From Hydrolagus affinis (Eukaryota), in contig JAAILG010001117.1 in the NCBI GenBank assembly GCA_012026655.1, positions 1 through 64,000 of the forward strand: DNA of 64,000 nt, written 5' to 3'. A program made the translations under genes and the position numbers. Under the pieces are notes generated by a model. The model worked only from the letters and a program-made list of their open reading frames with translations. It had not been told where the DNA came from and did not search any database. Shown here one piece after another: positions 12,562 through 24,770 of the stretch. Numbering within the stretch: position 1 is the stretch's first letter; each line of letters begins with the position of its first letter.

Positions 12562-12919
12562 GTTGTTTCCCGAGCTTGAAGGGGCCGCGCTGCGCTACAC
12601 CCGTCAACCAATAGAAAGCGTCGGTAAAAGGTGAGGGCGGCGGTTTGGACCCGCAGCTGTTTCTTTGATTGGTCACTGCGCCCGTCACTCACGAGCTTCG
12701 CCCAATCGAATCAATGCGATGGGTGATTGGCATGTCTGGCAACCAATGACAGCGAGGCGTGTGGGCGGGGTCTAGCGCAGTCTGGAGCAGTCGGTGGATG
12801 TGCGGCGGTTGTTGACAGACGGCGGGAGCGAGGCCTAGGGCGGCCAGGAGAAGCCTGGGACTTTATTTACACTTTATATCAGATACTCGAGGCCGGGGCT
12901 CGAGAACAAAGGGGCCAAA
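12550..12919. promoter_or_regulatory. Bidirectional CpG-rich promoter shared by NDUFA2 and IK
   Basis: Start codons are head-to-head, 358 bp apart. Five CCAAT/ATTGG boxes (~12608, 12668, 12702, 12726, 12743), GC box GGGCGGGG (~12763), and YY1 motif GCCGCCATGTT over the NDUFA2 ATG. Confidence 0.85.
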
Positions 12920-15900
12920 ATGCCGGAAAGGGACAGTAAGTATCTCCCCAAGAGACTCCCCTCCCATACCAGTCACCCACAGGCCCACACAACAANNNNN
13001 NNNNNNNNNNNNNNNNNNNNNNNNNNNNNNNNNNNNNNNNNNNNNNNNNNNNNNNNNNNNNNNNNNNNNNNNNNNNNNNNNNNNNNNNNNNNNNNNNNNN
13101 NNNNNNNNNNNNNNNNNNNNNNNNNNNNNNNNNNNNNNNNNNNNNNNNNNNNNNNNNNNNNNNNNNNNNCTGTTTTGCCCACCAAACACACAGATACTAC
13201 ACTTTCCAGTGTATCCTGTGAAGCGCTTTGAGACGTCTCAATGACGTGATCCGGCGCTGGGTCAAAAGCTGGGTCAAAAGCAAGGGTTATTGTTAATCGT
13301 CCCCGGGACCCCGGCCTGCGTAAATGTAAGTCGCTGTTGTTGTTGTTGTTACGGTGGTGGTTTGCGGGGGACATTGCTGTGTATTGTTATAACTGGGTTT
13401 CTCCCACCTCGTCTCTCCACAGATGAACCGTTTTCCAACCCGCTGGCTCCGGACTCGCACGAGGTGGAAGATCCTCGGTCGTTGAACCAGTGAGTACTAA
13501 TATAGTACTAATATATATATATATATATAATATTATATGTCTCAGCAAGACGTCTGAAACAAGAGAATCATTTGGGTCTGGTCATGTCACCTCAGAATGT
13601 TCTCAGAATGCAGCCTGTTCCATTCACTTTGATATGGAAGCCAAGCCAAGTTGACTGCACTAGCCTAGATGGCTGCTGCTAGCTAGTTCAGCACTCGGGC
13701 GCTGTCACTCTGCGTGGTTTAAGCTTCTTCGGTGGTTGCCTTTTTTGGTTCAATTACATTTTTTTCACTGACTCTCTCTCACTCTCTCTCCTCTTACGCA
13801 AAGGTCCAAACTGACCAATGAGGATTTCCGAAAGTTGTTGATGACCCCGAGGTCGACGCCATCATCCGCTCCACCTTCAAAAACACGACAACATGAGTGA
13901 GTGCGGGGAAGGGCAGAGCTGGGTGGAGGGGGTGGGTGCTTGGATATAGGATCAAATACAATAAGCATTAAAATGAACCTCAACTATATCTGCTTAAAGC
14001 AGTGAATCATGCCTTGTTTTATGTGACGTGCCCCTCAGTCGTAGCATTCTCTCTGTGCGTCCATCTAACCCAGTGTCTTGTTTGCAGGATGCCACGGGAA
14101 TACAATGAGGAGGATGATCCCGCCGCCCGCAGGAGGAAAAAGAAAAGGTACCAAATCCTCCAGTGATCAGTAACTGAACCCACGAAATTCAGTCTGTGCC
14201 ATACACAGATCAGTCTGCGCCATACAGTAATCTAACAATGCATTTACGTTCATTGAAGCTAAGGAAGGAACAAGATCGTAGCCAACGTCTTAAAGAGAAG
14301 TGTGACTGAGTAGATGTGGGTATGTGGGGGTATCAGTGAGGACATCTCCTCTCACACGGCGTCTCTTGACTTTCAGTTACTATGCAAAGCTGCGGCAGCA
14401 GGAGCTGGAGCGAGAGCGGGAGTTGGCGGAGAAATACCGGGACCGAGCACGGGAGAGAAGGGATGGAGTCAACAAAGATTACGAGGAGACTGAACTTATT
14501 AGCACAACAGCAAACTACAGAGCAGTGGGACCGACAGCAGAAGCGTGAGTGGATGAGTGGGCATTAGGGGATGTTATTTTGTTGTTATTGGTTCCACTCT
14601 CACTTTGTATATAGAGTGGGGTTGTTGGTGGTGGGGGGTAGAGGTGGAATTATGATTTGCCTAAACCGAGTTGGCTATGTTAATCATCTGCTTGGAAACC
14701 TCAGAAACGTTTGTCCTTAGTGATTTTTCTTTTTGACGCAGAGATAAATCCGCAGCTGAGAAACGGCGACAGCTGATCCAGGAGTCCAAGTTCTTGGGTG
14801 GTGACATGGAGCACACTCACTTGGTGAAAGGCTTGGATTTCGCTCTGTTACAAAAGGTTAGGAACAGCTTATACTTTTAAAAGCAGCTTAAGATCTGATC
14901 GGCTGAGTCCTGGAAGAATTTCAGGCTCCAGTCTCAAAAATGGCAGCTGACATTTCAGAATCCTTCTGCCTCTTAACTTTCTCAATTCACGTCCCCCCCA
15001 CAACTCTAGGTCCGTGCGGAAATCACCAGCAAAGAGAGAGAGGAAGAGGATCTGATCGAGAAAGTGCAGAAGGAAGTCAAGTACGTGATCTGTATGTGAG
15101 GGTGGGTGGATGGGTGGTCTGGGAGGGTGGTGAGAATTTGCACAATGTTCCAATTTAAGACAGAGAGCTCTTCAATACCATAGTGCCTATTCTGGCTACC
15201 TGAGGTAAAGATGTGATCAGATTCCAGAGAAACTGAGGGTTTTAAAAATCCAGCGCCTCCTGACGTGAAAGACTGTGGCTGCTGAGTTTCTCCTAACCAA
15301 AACATACAGTTCAATTCACTTTACAGGTACTCTGTGTAGCGCTTTGAGACGTCGCAAATACATGATAAGGCACTATATCAAGCGCAAGGTTTATTATTGT
15401 AAATGTTGTTCAGGTGCCCTGGAATCTGGTAATAGGCTGGCTGAGAAATGGTGAAGCTTCAGAAATATTTAATGCGAATATTAACTTTTGAAAACTTTTT
15501 TTGGTTTCTCTCTTTTCCTCCCACCACCACCACCACCACCCAGAAAAGATGAAGATCCTGAAAATAAGATCGAATTTAAAACGCGTTTAGGTAAGAAAGC
15601 CAGAGCCATAGAGTCTTGAAGACGTGGCAAGGCGCTATATCAAATACTACTTCAATCAAATCAAGGATTATTATTATTATCAATTGAGCCGAACCTTGTT
15701 GTACCTCTAACCTACAAATGTGGCCCTAGAAGGCACTGTTGATGTGCCAGCAATATTTGATGTAGTGACTGTTTTTCCTTGTTTAATCAGCAGGGGTTTC
15801 TGGATAAACTCACAAAGCCATGGCGGAGTTTAGGATGTCCTCCCAACGTGAAATGCTCTGTACTAATGTAATTTGTTGTTGTTGTGGATGTGGGTCACAG

Positions 15901-18900
15901 TGAGCTGTTTCTCAGGTTATTTCTGCTCCCTGACTCTGCAGGCCGCAATGTGTACCGTATCCTGTTCAGGATCAAATCTCACGAACGCAACGAGCTGTTC
16001 CTCCCCGGGCGCATGGCCTATGTGGTGGATTTGGACGATGAGTATGCGGACACTGACGTGCCAACCACCCTGATTAGGAGCAAAGCCGACTGTCCCACCA
16101 TGGAGGTACACACACACACAGCGACACAGTCACATAGCACTCAGCAACGCCAACACACAGGCTCAATTGGCTCTCGCTTGTCGCCCACAAAATATGCAGT
16201 CAATCCACTTTACCCCTCTATCCTGTGAAGCGCTTTGAGACGTCTCACTGGTGTGACAAGGCGCTGTATCAGATTCAAGTACATTATTATTACCAATTCA
16301 TGACTGAAACCTCATGTGCTGTTGAAGTACTCCTATTGACCACATGGTGCTGCTGTGGATTTGTGGTTGTGGTGATGGTGGGCCCTAGAAGGCAATGTTG
16401 TGTTTTGTATAGTGACTTTTTTCCTAGTTTAAACATGACTGCCCCCGAGTCCTGCTGTGACGTTGTGTGACTTGTGCTGTGTCCTCACAGGCGCAGACCA
16501 CCCTGACCACAAACGACATCGTGATCAACAAACTGACCCAGATCCTGTCCTACCTGCGACAGGGAACTCGTAACAAGAAGCTGAAGAAGAAGGATAAAGG
16601 TGATAAAGGAGGGGGTGTCACTGAGTGTGTGTGTGTTTGGGACAGTCACAGAGTAACCTCTATCAGTAAAGATACTGATAGATCAGCAAGTGCTAACATC
16701 AGGAAACAACCCTCGATCCAGTCATGCTATTTCACACAATCAAGACATCTTTGATAGAGCTGCGTTACTTGTGTGTCACATTCTCTGTGTGTCATCTGCT
16801 GTCTTAGTGGCTGAGGAATTATAGTGAAGTTTCCTTCCAGCAAAAGCAAGGACATTAGGGTGGTCCGTATTTCTGTGGTGATATTCACCTCTGCTCTCTT
16901 TCTCAGGTAAACTGGGAGCCGATGAGAAGAGGCCTCCAGAGGCTGATATAAGGTACAGTATTTGTGTCAAAAGAAAGCTTCTAACAAAACAATGTGATGA
17001 GCAATTGCTTAGGGTGAAATCCTCTCCGGAAGAGGCTCAGTAACCTGGGACCTAAGTTACTGTGAAAATAACCTCTTGATGTCAGGTATCTGTCATGAGC
17101 ACACACACACACAGCATCTCTCTGTTCTGTGGTGTTGAATCACTCAGAGGCGCTACCCTGCATGGATGGCGCTATATTAATTGAAGTTGTAGTTCACTGT
17201 CTGTCATTTGAAAGTAACTGATGTTCCTAACCTCCAGCTTGGGTGCAAATCCTTGCCTTGGGATGTCCTCCTGATGTGAAAGGCGCTGTACAAATGTCAT
17301 TTTTGTTCTTGTTTTTGGTGGTGAGACACTGTACGAAATCAGACGTGTTTATTCTATTCCGGGCTTGGCCCCAATTTTAATTCTTGGCGTCACTTTGTAC
17401 AGCATCTTTGACGACATTGGGGATTACGTGCCCACCACAGCCAAGGTGGTCCGAGAGAAGGAGCGGGAGAAATACCGGGAGAAGGAACGGGAGAGAGAGC
17501 GCGAACGGGAGAGAGAGCGAGAGAGGGAGAGAGAGCGGGAGAGGGAGAGAGACGAGGAGAAAAAATCCAGACATAACTATTTTGAGAAGCCACGGGTGGA
17601 CGATGAGGTATGTAGATAACGATGACTCAGGGTGAGACCAACAGGAACGCTTGGGGACTTTCCAGTGACTCAATGTCAGTGGTTGGGAAACACTGAGCTG
17701 TGGGTAGACAACCCTTATGGAAGTCCAGAGAATTCGTTAACAAGAGAAGAGGCATCAGGGGGAAATCATTCTGTCTTAATGTTAAATATTTGAAGTCATT
17801 TTAGATTTACATTTACATGTATTTATTATTTATTAATTTACATTTACATTTTGCCTACAAATATACAGTCAATTCACTTTCCAGTATATTCTGTGAAACG
17901 CTTTGAGACATCTAGAAGATGTGTAAAGTGTATATCAAATACAAGGGTTATTTTTATTATCCAGTCGTTAAAAAGTTTTAAACGTAAGAAACCTCCCGGG
18001 TTCTTTTGGGTGGGGGGGATGTTGGGGAGGGAGAAGTGGGGGATTTTGCTGTAAAATTTTGTCCTTGAATACTGCGGTTTCTGCTCTCATCAGAGATTGA
18101 TCTGTATTTGCTCTGTCCATGCTTCACACCATAACCTGTGTTTTTTTTCTGTTTTTAATAGCCCCTGGATTTAGAGAGCGGTAAGTACATTCACTGAATC
18201 AGTGCTTTCAGTTAACTCTCTCTCGCGATGTTTGCTCGTTGGAATTGTTCTTTACACAAAGGGGAAAGGGTGATTGAGGCTAAAAGACAGGAACTTATCT
18301 CAGAAACAGTGAGTGGAAGGTGGGGAATTCTGAAATTAGTTGAAATGGGCTGAAGGAGCTTTCTTCCTCTGATCGATCAGTTTGTGCCTCTTGATGAGAA
18401 GTTGGGTCAGTGATTTAAACCACACAGCATGGTTTGAGACACGCCTGATACACAGCCACTTCTTCATTACTGCCCAAGTATTGCATGTTGAGTGGTGCTG
18501 TTATTTGGTGCGTGTGATGCCCAATTAGCACAGTGTAATTTGCTGATGTGCTTGTCTTTATTCAGGTCCCGGAACAGCCAAAGATCTGATCAAATCCATC
18601 AACGAGAAGTTTGCAGGGACGGCAGGGTGGCAGGGAACAGAGTCATATCCTTCCTATGATACGACGGCCATGTGTCCTCACTCACCAGCCCGTACACTGC
18701 CACACTCCACTCCTCCTTCCCCCAGCTCGGCGTCAGACGCCGCGACTTGTCAAGCGCTAAGACCCTATCCTGATTGAAGAGCGCTATATGCAAGTTGTTC
18801 CCCCTACTTTCAGCCACTAAGCTACACATTTCCCCAAACCCATGATACTCCTGTTTCTTTTCTCTTTGCCTTCGAAAATCCCTTTTAGAAACATATTGCT

Positions 18901-21358
18901 TTTAGTCAACATCCTAAACTAATCCCTATTCCCTGCTCGGTGCCTTTACTTGTAGCTGTATATAATTCCAGACGTTTGTCCTGTGGAGGGGAATAAATAT
19001 GTTTGCTGTACGAGTGTAAGTTGATGCTTTTGGTATATTGATGTGCTAAATTTGCTGGGAGCAAGTCACCTTAACTCGGGTCTTAAGGTTAAGAGACCGG
19101 ATGACAAGAAGCGCCTGGGAGATTTCTTTGGGACAACGGATAGTTACGCAGAGTGCTACCCTGCCACGTAGGTATTGGGGCCACTACCAGACAGGAGTGG
19201 GACTGATTGACCAGCCTGTTTAAGGCCAGTGCTGGCGTTCGCTCCTTGCCCCTGGTGTGACCCAGGCTCTCCTTCCTTGTGTTCGCAGGCTGGACGACAT
19301 GGCAGTGGACAGTGACGAGGAGGTGGACTACAGTAAAATGGATCAGGTATCATTCACAGAACTTCTCCGTCTGACAAGTGGGATGTGCCTTTTAGCTGCT
19401 CGAGTTTCTCTGCAAACGAATCCCCCTCAGTATATTCTGCTGTAGTGAGATAATGCGATTTAAAAATAAAATAAAATGAGCGGGCCAGCCCTGTGGGAGG
19501 GATGGTGAGAATATTGCTGTGGTTTGTGGCTGGAAACTCCTTGTCTTTACTGTGCTGCAGGGCAATAAGAAAGGGCCACTAGGACGCTGGGATTTTGACA
19601 CACAGGAGGAATACAGCGAATACATGAACAACAAGGAGGCGTTGCCCAAGTGAGTCCTCACCCACCCCACGGACCCGTGCCCCTCACCCCACCAGACCCG
19701 ACCTCTCGAGACCCCGTCCTGACCATATTGGCCTCTGCCCGCCCCGCAGCCCACGAGAGATCAATGTCGAGTGTTTTTTGAGTTGACCCGTGGATTATTC
19801 TCCTCTCTCCAGAGCCGCTTTCCAGTATGGTATCAAGATGTCCGAGGGGCGTAAGACCCGGAGGTTTAAGGAAACAAACGAGAAAGCGGAACTGGATCGA
19901 CAATGGAAGAAAATCAGTGCGGTGTGTATCATCCCTTAACACTGAGCTCCTGTAGCTCATTGGTTAGAGCCCCTGCCTTACAAGCGTGAGACCTGTGTTC
20001 GAATCCAGGCAGATCAGGGCGAAACCTTGGGCAAGTTTCCTTACTTCACACACATGCCTAATACTAATCACTCCCAAAAAATAATAATAAAAATTGGTCA
20101 TTTAAATTCACGACTCTTTGTGGGGACGCTGCTGTGTGCAATTGACTGCTGCGTTTCGCCCATAAATATACAATCAATTCACTTTACAGTATATTCTGTG
20201 AAGCGCTTTGAGACATCGATAAGATGTGAAAAGCACTGTATCAAATGCAAGGATTATTAACACTGACCCTCACAATTTAGGCCACTGACTGTCCCCATTA
20301 ACAGCATTCATTGCAGACTGCAGAATTTACACCAATATCTGGACTCTCTTACTTTGCAATATGGTCAACAGGCCCACACAAGGGGGTCATGGTCTCATCT
20401 CTTGGGGAGAAAATCAGACCCTATTATGGTCAAATCTTTTGGTCAAACAGCATTCAATGCAAGACATTTGCACCTGGATTTAAGTGTTGGTTTATCTCTT
20501 GTGGTTTCAATCCATTTACACCCTTGCATTCAGTCATAGATTATACACTCACACACAAATACATATGAAAATGTGACAGACAGATCCGATTGTTATCCGT
20601 CATGTGATGTTCTCCTTTGTTTCCCTACAGATCATTGAAAAGAGAAAGAAGATGGAGGCTGAAGGGTGAGTGAAGAGAATCTTCCTAAATATTTTTTCTC
20701 CTCTCGTTGAATTTTCTGCTGTCCTGAGTGTATTTGAGATTTTCGATCAACGGGTAGAGTGCATGACTGTCAGCTCCTGTCCCACATTGTCTGTCTGCGG
20801 GTTAGAATTATCAGTGGGAGAAGATTTAGCTAAACTCCATTATAGTATTGTGTGACTTATGTCTTAATGGGCAGCACCCACGTGCCTGGGCAGTGACCCG
20901 AGTAATACAATGGCAGTGACTTTGGGAGGGCAGCTTATGCTATGAGGTGCTTGTGCTATGACCCTCTACCAATCTGTCCGCTCCCTCCGCTCAATGGACT
21001 CTGGCCTGCTCCACGTTCCCCAACACATCCACCCCACCATTGGTGGGCGAGCCTCAGCCACTCTGCCCCCAACCTCTGGAATTCCATCCCATAGTCCCTC
21101 AGTCTCGACCCCTCCCTGGCCTCCTTCAAGTCCCGCTTCAAGATCCTCCTCTTCGACTGTGCTATCGGTCACCTCCCCCCTTTCCCTCCACCCTGCGGAC
21201 ATGAAAGGTACTATACAAAATGTAATTTTGTTGTTGTAATCAGTACAGTAACGGGGCTGGGTGCTTTGTGATGGATTAATGGCTCTGTGATACAGTGTAA
21301 TATAAATGCAACAATGTCTTTGTTTGACAGTGTGGAGGTGAAGAGGCCCAAGTACTGA
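12920..21358 (+). CDS. IK: Protein Red / IK spliceosomal B-complex factor
   Basis: 20 exons: 12920-12935, 13423-13489, 13804-13896, 14088-14147, 14377-14544, 14742-14856, 15010-15080, 15544-15590, 15942-16105, 16491-16599, 16907-16952, 17403-17607, 18162-18180, 18566-18644, 19087-19167, 19289-19346, 19561-19649, 19813-19921, 20631-20665, 21331-21358. MPERD..FSNPLAPD, KFLGGDMEHTHLVKGLDFALL, RE repeat, C-terminus VEVKRPKY*. Confidence 0.97.
12996..13169. other. Assembly gap (174 N) in IK intron 1
   Basis: Run of N. Confidence 1.
17452..17553 (+). repeat. Coding Arg-Glu dipeptide repeat (RED domain) of IK
   Basis: Translates as REKEREKYREKERERERERERERERERERERERD. Confidence 0.95.
18645..19086 (+). 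other. U12-type (minor spliceosome) intron in IK, AT-AA termini
   Basis: 5' site ATATCCTTCC; branch CACCTTAAC at 19067-19075; the reading frame requires the 3' end at ..TCTTAA|G. Confidence 0.85.
19944..20258 (+). mobile_element. Full-length tRNA-derived Deu-type SINE
   Basis: GAGCTCCTGTAGCTCATTGGTTAGAGC...CTTACAAG...GTTCGAATCC head, Deu core and tail ending GCAAGGATTATT. Dozens of 5'-truncated copies are scattered through the window. Confidence 0.92.
20958..21238 (+). mobile_element. L2 LINE 3' fragment in the last IK intron
   Basis: LYQSVRSLRSMDSGLLHVP..TIGGR-type L2 C-terminus, followed by tail GACATGAAAGGTACTATACAAAATG..(TTG)n. Confidence 0.7.
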
Positions 21359-23654
21359 GAGCCGCTCCGTGTTTGCCACCTGGTGTGTCACGTTCCTGCA
21401 TCCAGTGCCTCATCCACGTCATGTCCAGTAACACCATCGCTGACATCTCTCCCGCTCCTTAACGTTAAATGCTCGGAGAGTTTCATTCCAGCCTTTCTGA
21501 GGATTCAATTCATCTAAACGGGGAGTAAACAAACCCACGTGGTTACCGGGAGCCACGGATCGACTGAGTATCTGTGTAGTTTGAAGCAAATACGTATTTT
21601 AAATATACCGTAAATTGATTTTCTGTGTAGAATTAACCCTTTTTTTTGCCATTTGTGTTCTCTTTGTATTATTCTGTAAATGCAGTAAACACGAAATCGC
21701 TAGTTAAATGGGTCTTACATGTTTTTATCGCTGTATAAACTTGACTCAAGTTTTCATTGCCCCTTCTCTTTCCATTTTATTATCTCCCCTTCACAGAATA
21801 CAACAATGTCCCAAGGTTGGGACCAGAGCAGGGTGGGGGAGGGGGGGTCGTAGTTGGGGAAGCAAGTAGGAAAATTGACTGTATATACCTTAAACTCCTG
21901 CTGAATATTTATCAATCAAGTCTGGATTTGATATGAAATATTCAGCAGCTCGTTGTTACAGCTGGGGAGACACATACAGAACAATCATTGATAAGAACAG
22001 AACCACAAACAGTTTGTGCACCAATAAAATACTGTTCATTATTTTACTGACAAACAGAATCACAGTTGACAACAGCTGTACAGTGGTGGGGTTGCCTCGC
22101 TATTAAAAGTAGAGCTGAGGAAAGTCACCCTCTGAGACATCCACACCTTCATTTGTAATGATCAGAGTATTTATCCCAAGTCTTGGAATCCCTTCCCCTT
22201 CCCCCCCCCTCCCGCCCCACCACTCACTCCCTCTCCTCCCTTGGGTTCGAGTTGCCGAGAACCCACCCAGTAAAGCATGATTCACAGGAAAGCTTAACAT
22301 CTGGGATTAGTTTATGGACCAAACAGTCTGGATGAGGAGGGAGGAGGAGCAGCCGACTGCTGGCTGTAAGATAACGTGACATTTAACAGGGTTCTGTGTC
22401 AGGCTCTGGCTGTGAGCTGAACTCATTATCTCAGCTCTGAGTCTTCAATGATTGAGTCACATCTTTTTATTACTCAATAATTATGTCTGGGAAAACTCAA
22501 ATGGTTCTTTGAGAAACATATTTGCATGTACAGTATAGTCATTTATTCCCAGAATCTCTGCCTGATTTACCTGGAAGAGAATAATAATAATACTCCTTGT
22601 GTTTGATATAGCATCTTATCTCTTCGAGGCTCCTCAAAAAGCCTTGCTCAGGATATACTGTAAAGCGAATTGATTTTTTTTAGTGGTTGAAATGATCTGC
22701 CCTGATCCATCAAAGCTGATATCCTCTCTCACGCCTGAACCTCTTGGCTTGCTGCTTTGTTGTGAGTTTACTTGCTCAATCCTATTGCTTGGGGCAGCAT
22801 CCTGTTGTTACAGCGCCTTGGGACGTCCTCCTGACATGAAAGGCGCTATACAAATACAATTTGTTGTTGTTATTGCGAACCTTGTACAACTCGATAATGT
22901 TCTCTCTCGTGAGTCATCTCCTTTCATGGCTGAAAAGCTTTAGCTGATAATAGTAACTTCCTCAGAGCTCATCCATCACCGGGATCAGCCTTGTTGCTCT
23001 CCCGTGCGCTCTCTCCGGGCTCTGAGAAGTCCCTTGTGTTGAAAACAGAATGATAGTGTATGCAGTATTCCATACAGCTGATAAGATTATTATTCATGCG
23101 TTTCAGACCATTTTCTGGGATCTGAGTTCAATTAATTTGGCAATGCAGCACGGCATTCAATTAGCAATGCAGAGAGAGTCGGATGGGGGGGAAGAGACTG
23201 CTATTGTGAAATGCCTCATCCCCTCCTCACCTCTCCTCTCTCCCCCCCACCCCCCCACCCACCAGGAGTAGTAGTGCAGTTGTAGTTTATTGTTAATGCT
23301 GATGAGAAAATAGTCTAAAATAGTCTAAATTTCTCGCTCTTGCGAACAGGGAACAGAGAGAACAGAGAACAAGGCTAATTAAAAGAATACTTGGAAACCT
23401 TTTCACAGCACGATTCAAACTAGGAGCGCGTTAGCCAGACCTCCAGGGTTCAAATAACATGTGTAACATGAGCCTTCAGCCTCTCCTCTCCCAAGGAGGC
23501 CTCAAAGGTTGGATGGAGTCCACTTTTGAATGAGGTCCAGCAGAATTGCCAAGCTTATTACACCTCATTGAGTTCCATTCAGCTGAGATAATATCTTCAC
23601 ATACTGTACGTTGATTGTTATTGGTGTGCACCCTCAATCAGTTGTCTTCAACTT

Positions 23655-23985
23655 ATAAAATCCTTCCATTTTGATATAACGCTTTTCACGTCTTCTGGAC
23701 ATCTCAAAGCGCTTCACAGAATATACTGTAAATGAACTGACTGCACAGTGTAATTTGTGGGCGAAACATGACAGCCAGTTGCGCGCAGCCGCGTCCCCAC
23801 AAACAGTTGTGGATTGAAATGATTAATTTTATTATCGTATTTTTTCTTAGAGGGATTATTATTAGGCATATGTGTGTGTGTGGAGTAAGGAAACTTGCCC
23901 AAGGTTTTGCCCTGATCTGCCTGGATTCGAACACAGCTTTCACGCTTGTAAGGCGAGTGCTCTAATCACTGAGCTGCAGGACTCC
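23655..23985 (-). mobile_element. Full-length tRNA-derived SINE, minus strand
   Basis: Reverse complement of the same head, core and tail (GGATTCGAAC..CACTGAGCTGCAGGA). Confidence 0.9.
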
Positions 23986-24451
23986 CGCACAAACGCAAGT
24001 CGTTCTTGTTCCATGTACACAGCTATGACCTCCTGACACGTGGCCCTGAAAAAGAGCAAACAGACAAATCTCAAGACAAGAGTACAAATCCCATCCCTCT
24101 ATATCGCACAGGCTCAGACGCTTGCATATTACAGCTGTAATTCATTGTTGATGCTGATAAGAAAATAGACTGATTAATTCAGGTAGAGATTAATGATCCT
24201 GTGTCGTGAACACCCATTATAGGAGGATTATTGTCCTGGAGTAACTGCTCTTGTTTCTATCATGCCGTGGGACCCTCAGCATTTGGCCGCAAAATGCACA
24301 GACACTACACTTTACAGTATATCTTCTGTAACGCATAGAGATTAAGGATTATTATTATTCACCTAAACAGACCAAAACACAACCACTACACCAGTCGCGT
24401 TCCGAGATGTTTCGATGTCATAAGCGAAGGTGTTAAATGCTAAGGATATTT

Positions 24452-24770
24452 GCTCCTGTAGCTCAGTGGTTAGACCACTCGCCTTACAAGCGTGAGACCT
24501 ATGTTTGAATCCAAGCAGATCAGGGCGAAACCTTGGGCAAGTTTCCTTATTCCACACACACGCTTAATAATAATCCCTAAAAAAACCCACATTATAATAA
24601 AAGTTGGTCATTTCAATCCACGACTGTTTGTGGGGACACTGCTGTGCGCAATTGGCTACCACGTTTTGCCTACAACTATACAGTCAATTCACTTTACAAT
24701 ATATTCTGTGAAGTGCTTTGAGACGTCAATAAGATTTGAAAAATGCTATAACAAATACAAGGATTGTATT
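24452..24770 (+). mobile_element. Full-length tRNA-derived SINE
   Basis: GCTCCTGTAGCTCAGTGGTTAGA head through AATACAAGGATT tail. Confidence 0.9.

Noticed and set aside
19944-20015. tRNA-Val/Ala-like sequences with A and B boxes (also 8183, 24452, 27870, 50395, 60346)
   Set aside because: These are SINE heads: acceptor stems pair poorly and each continues into the SINE body, so they are not tRNA genes.
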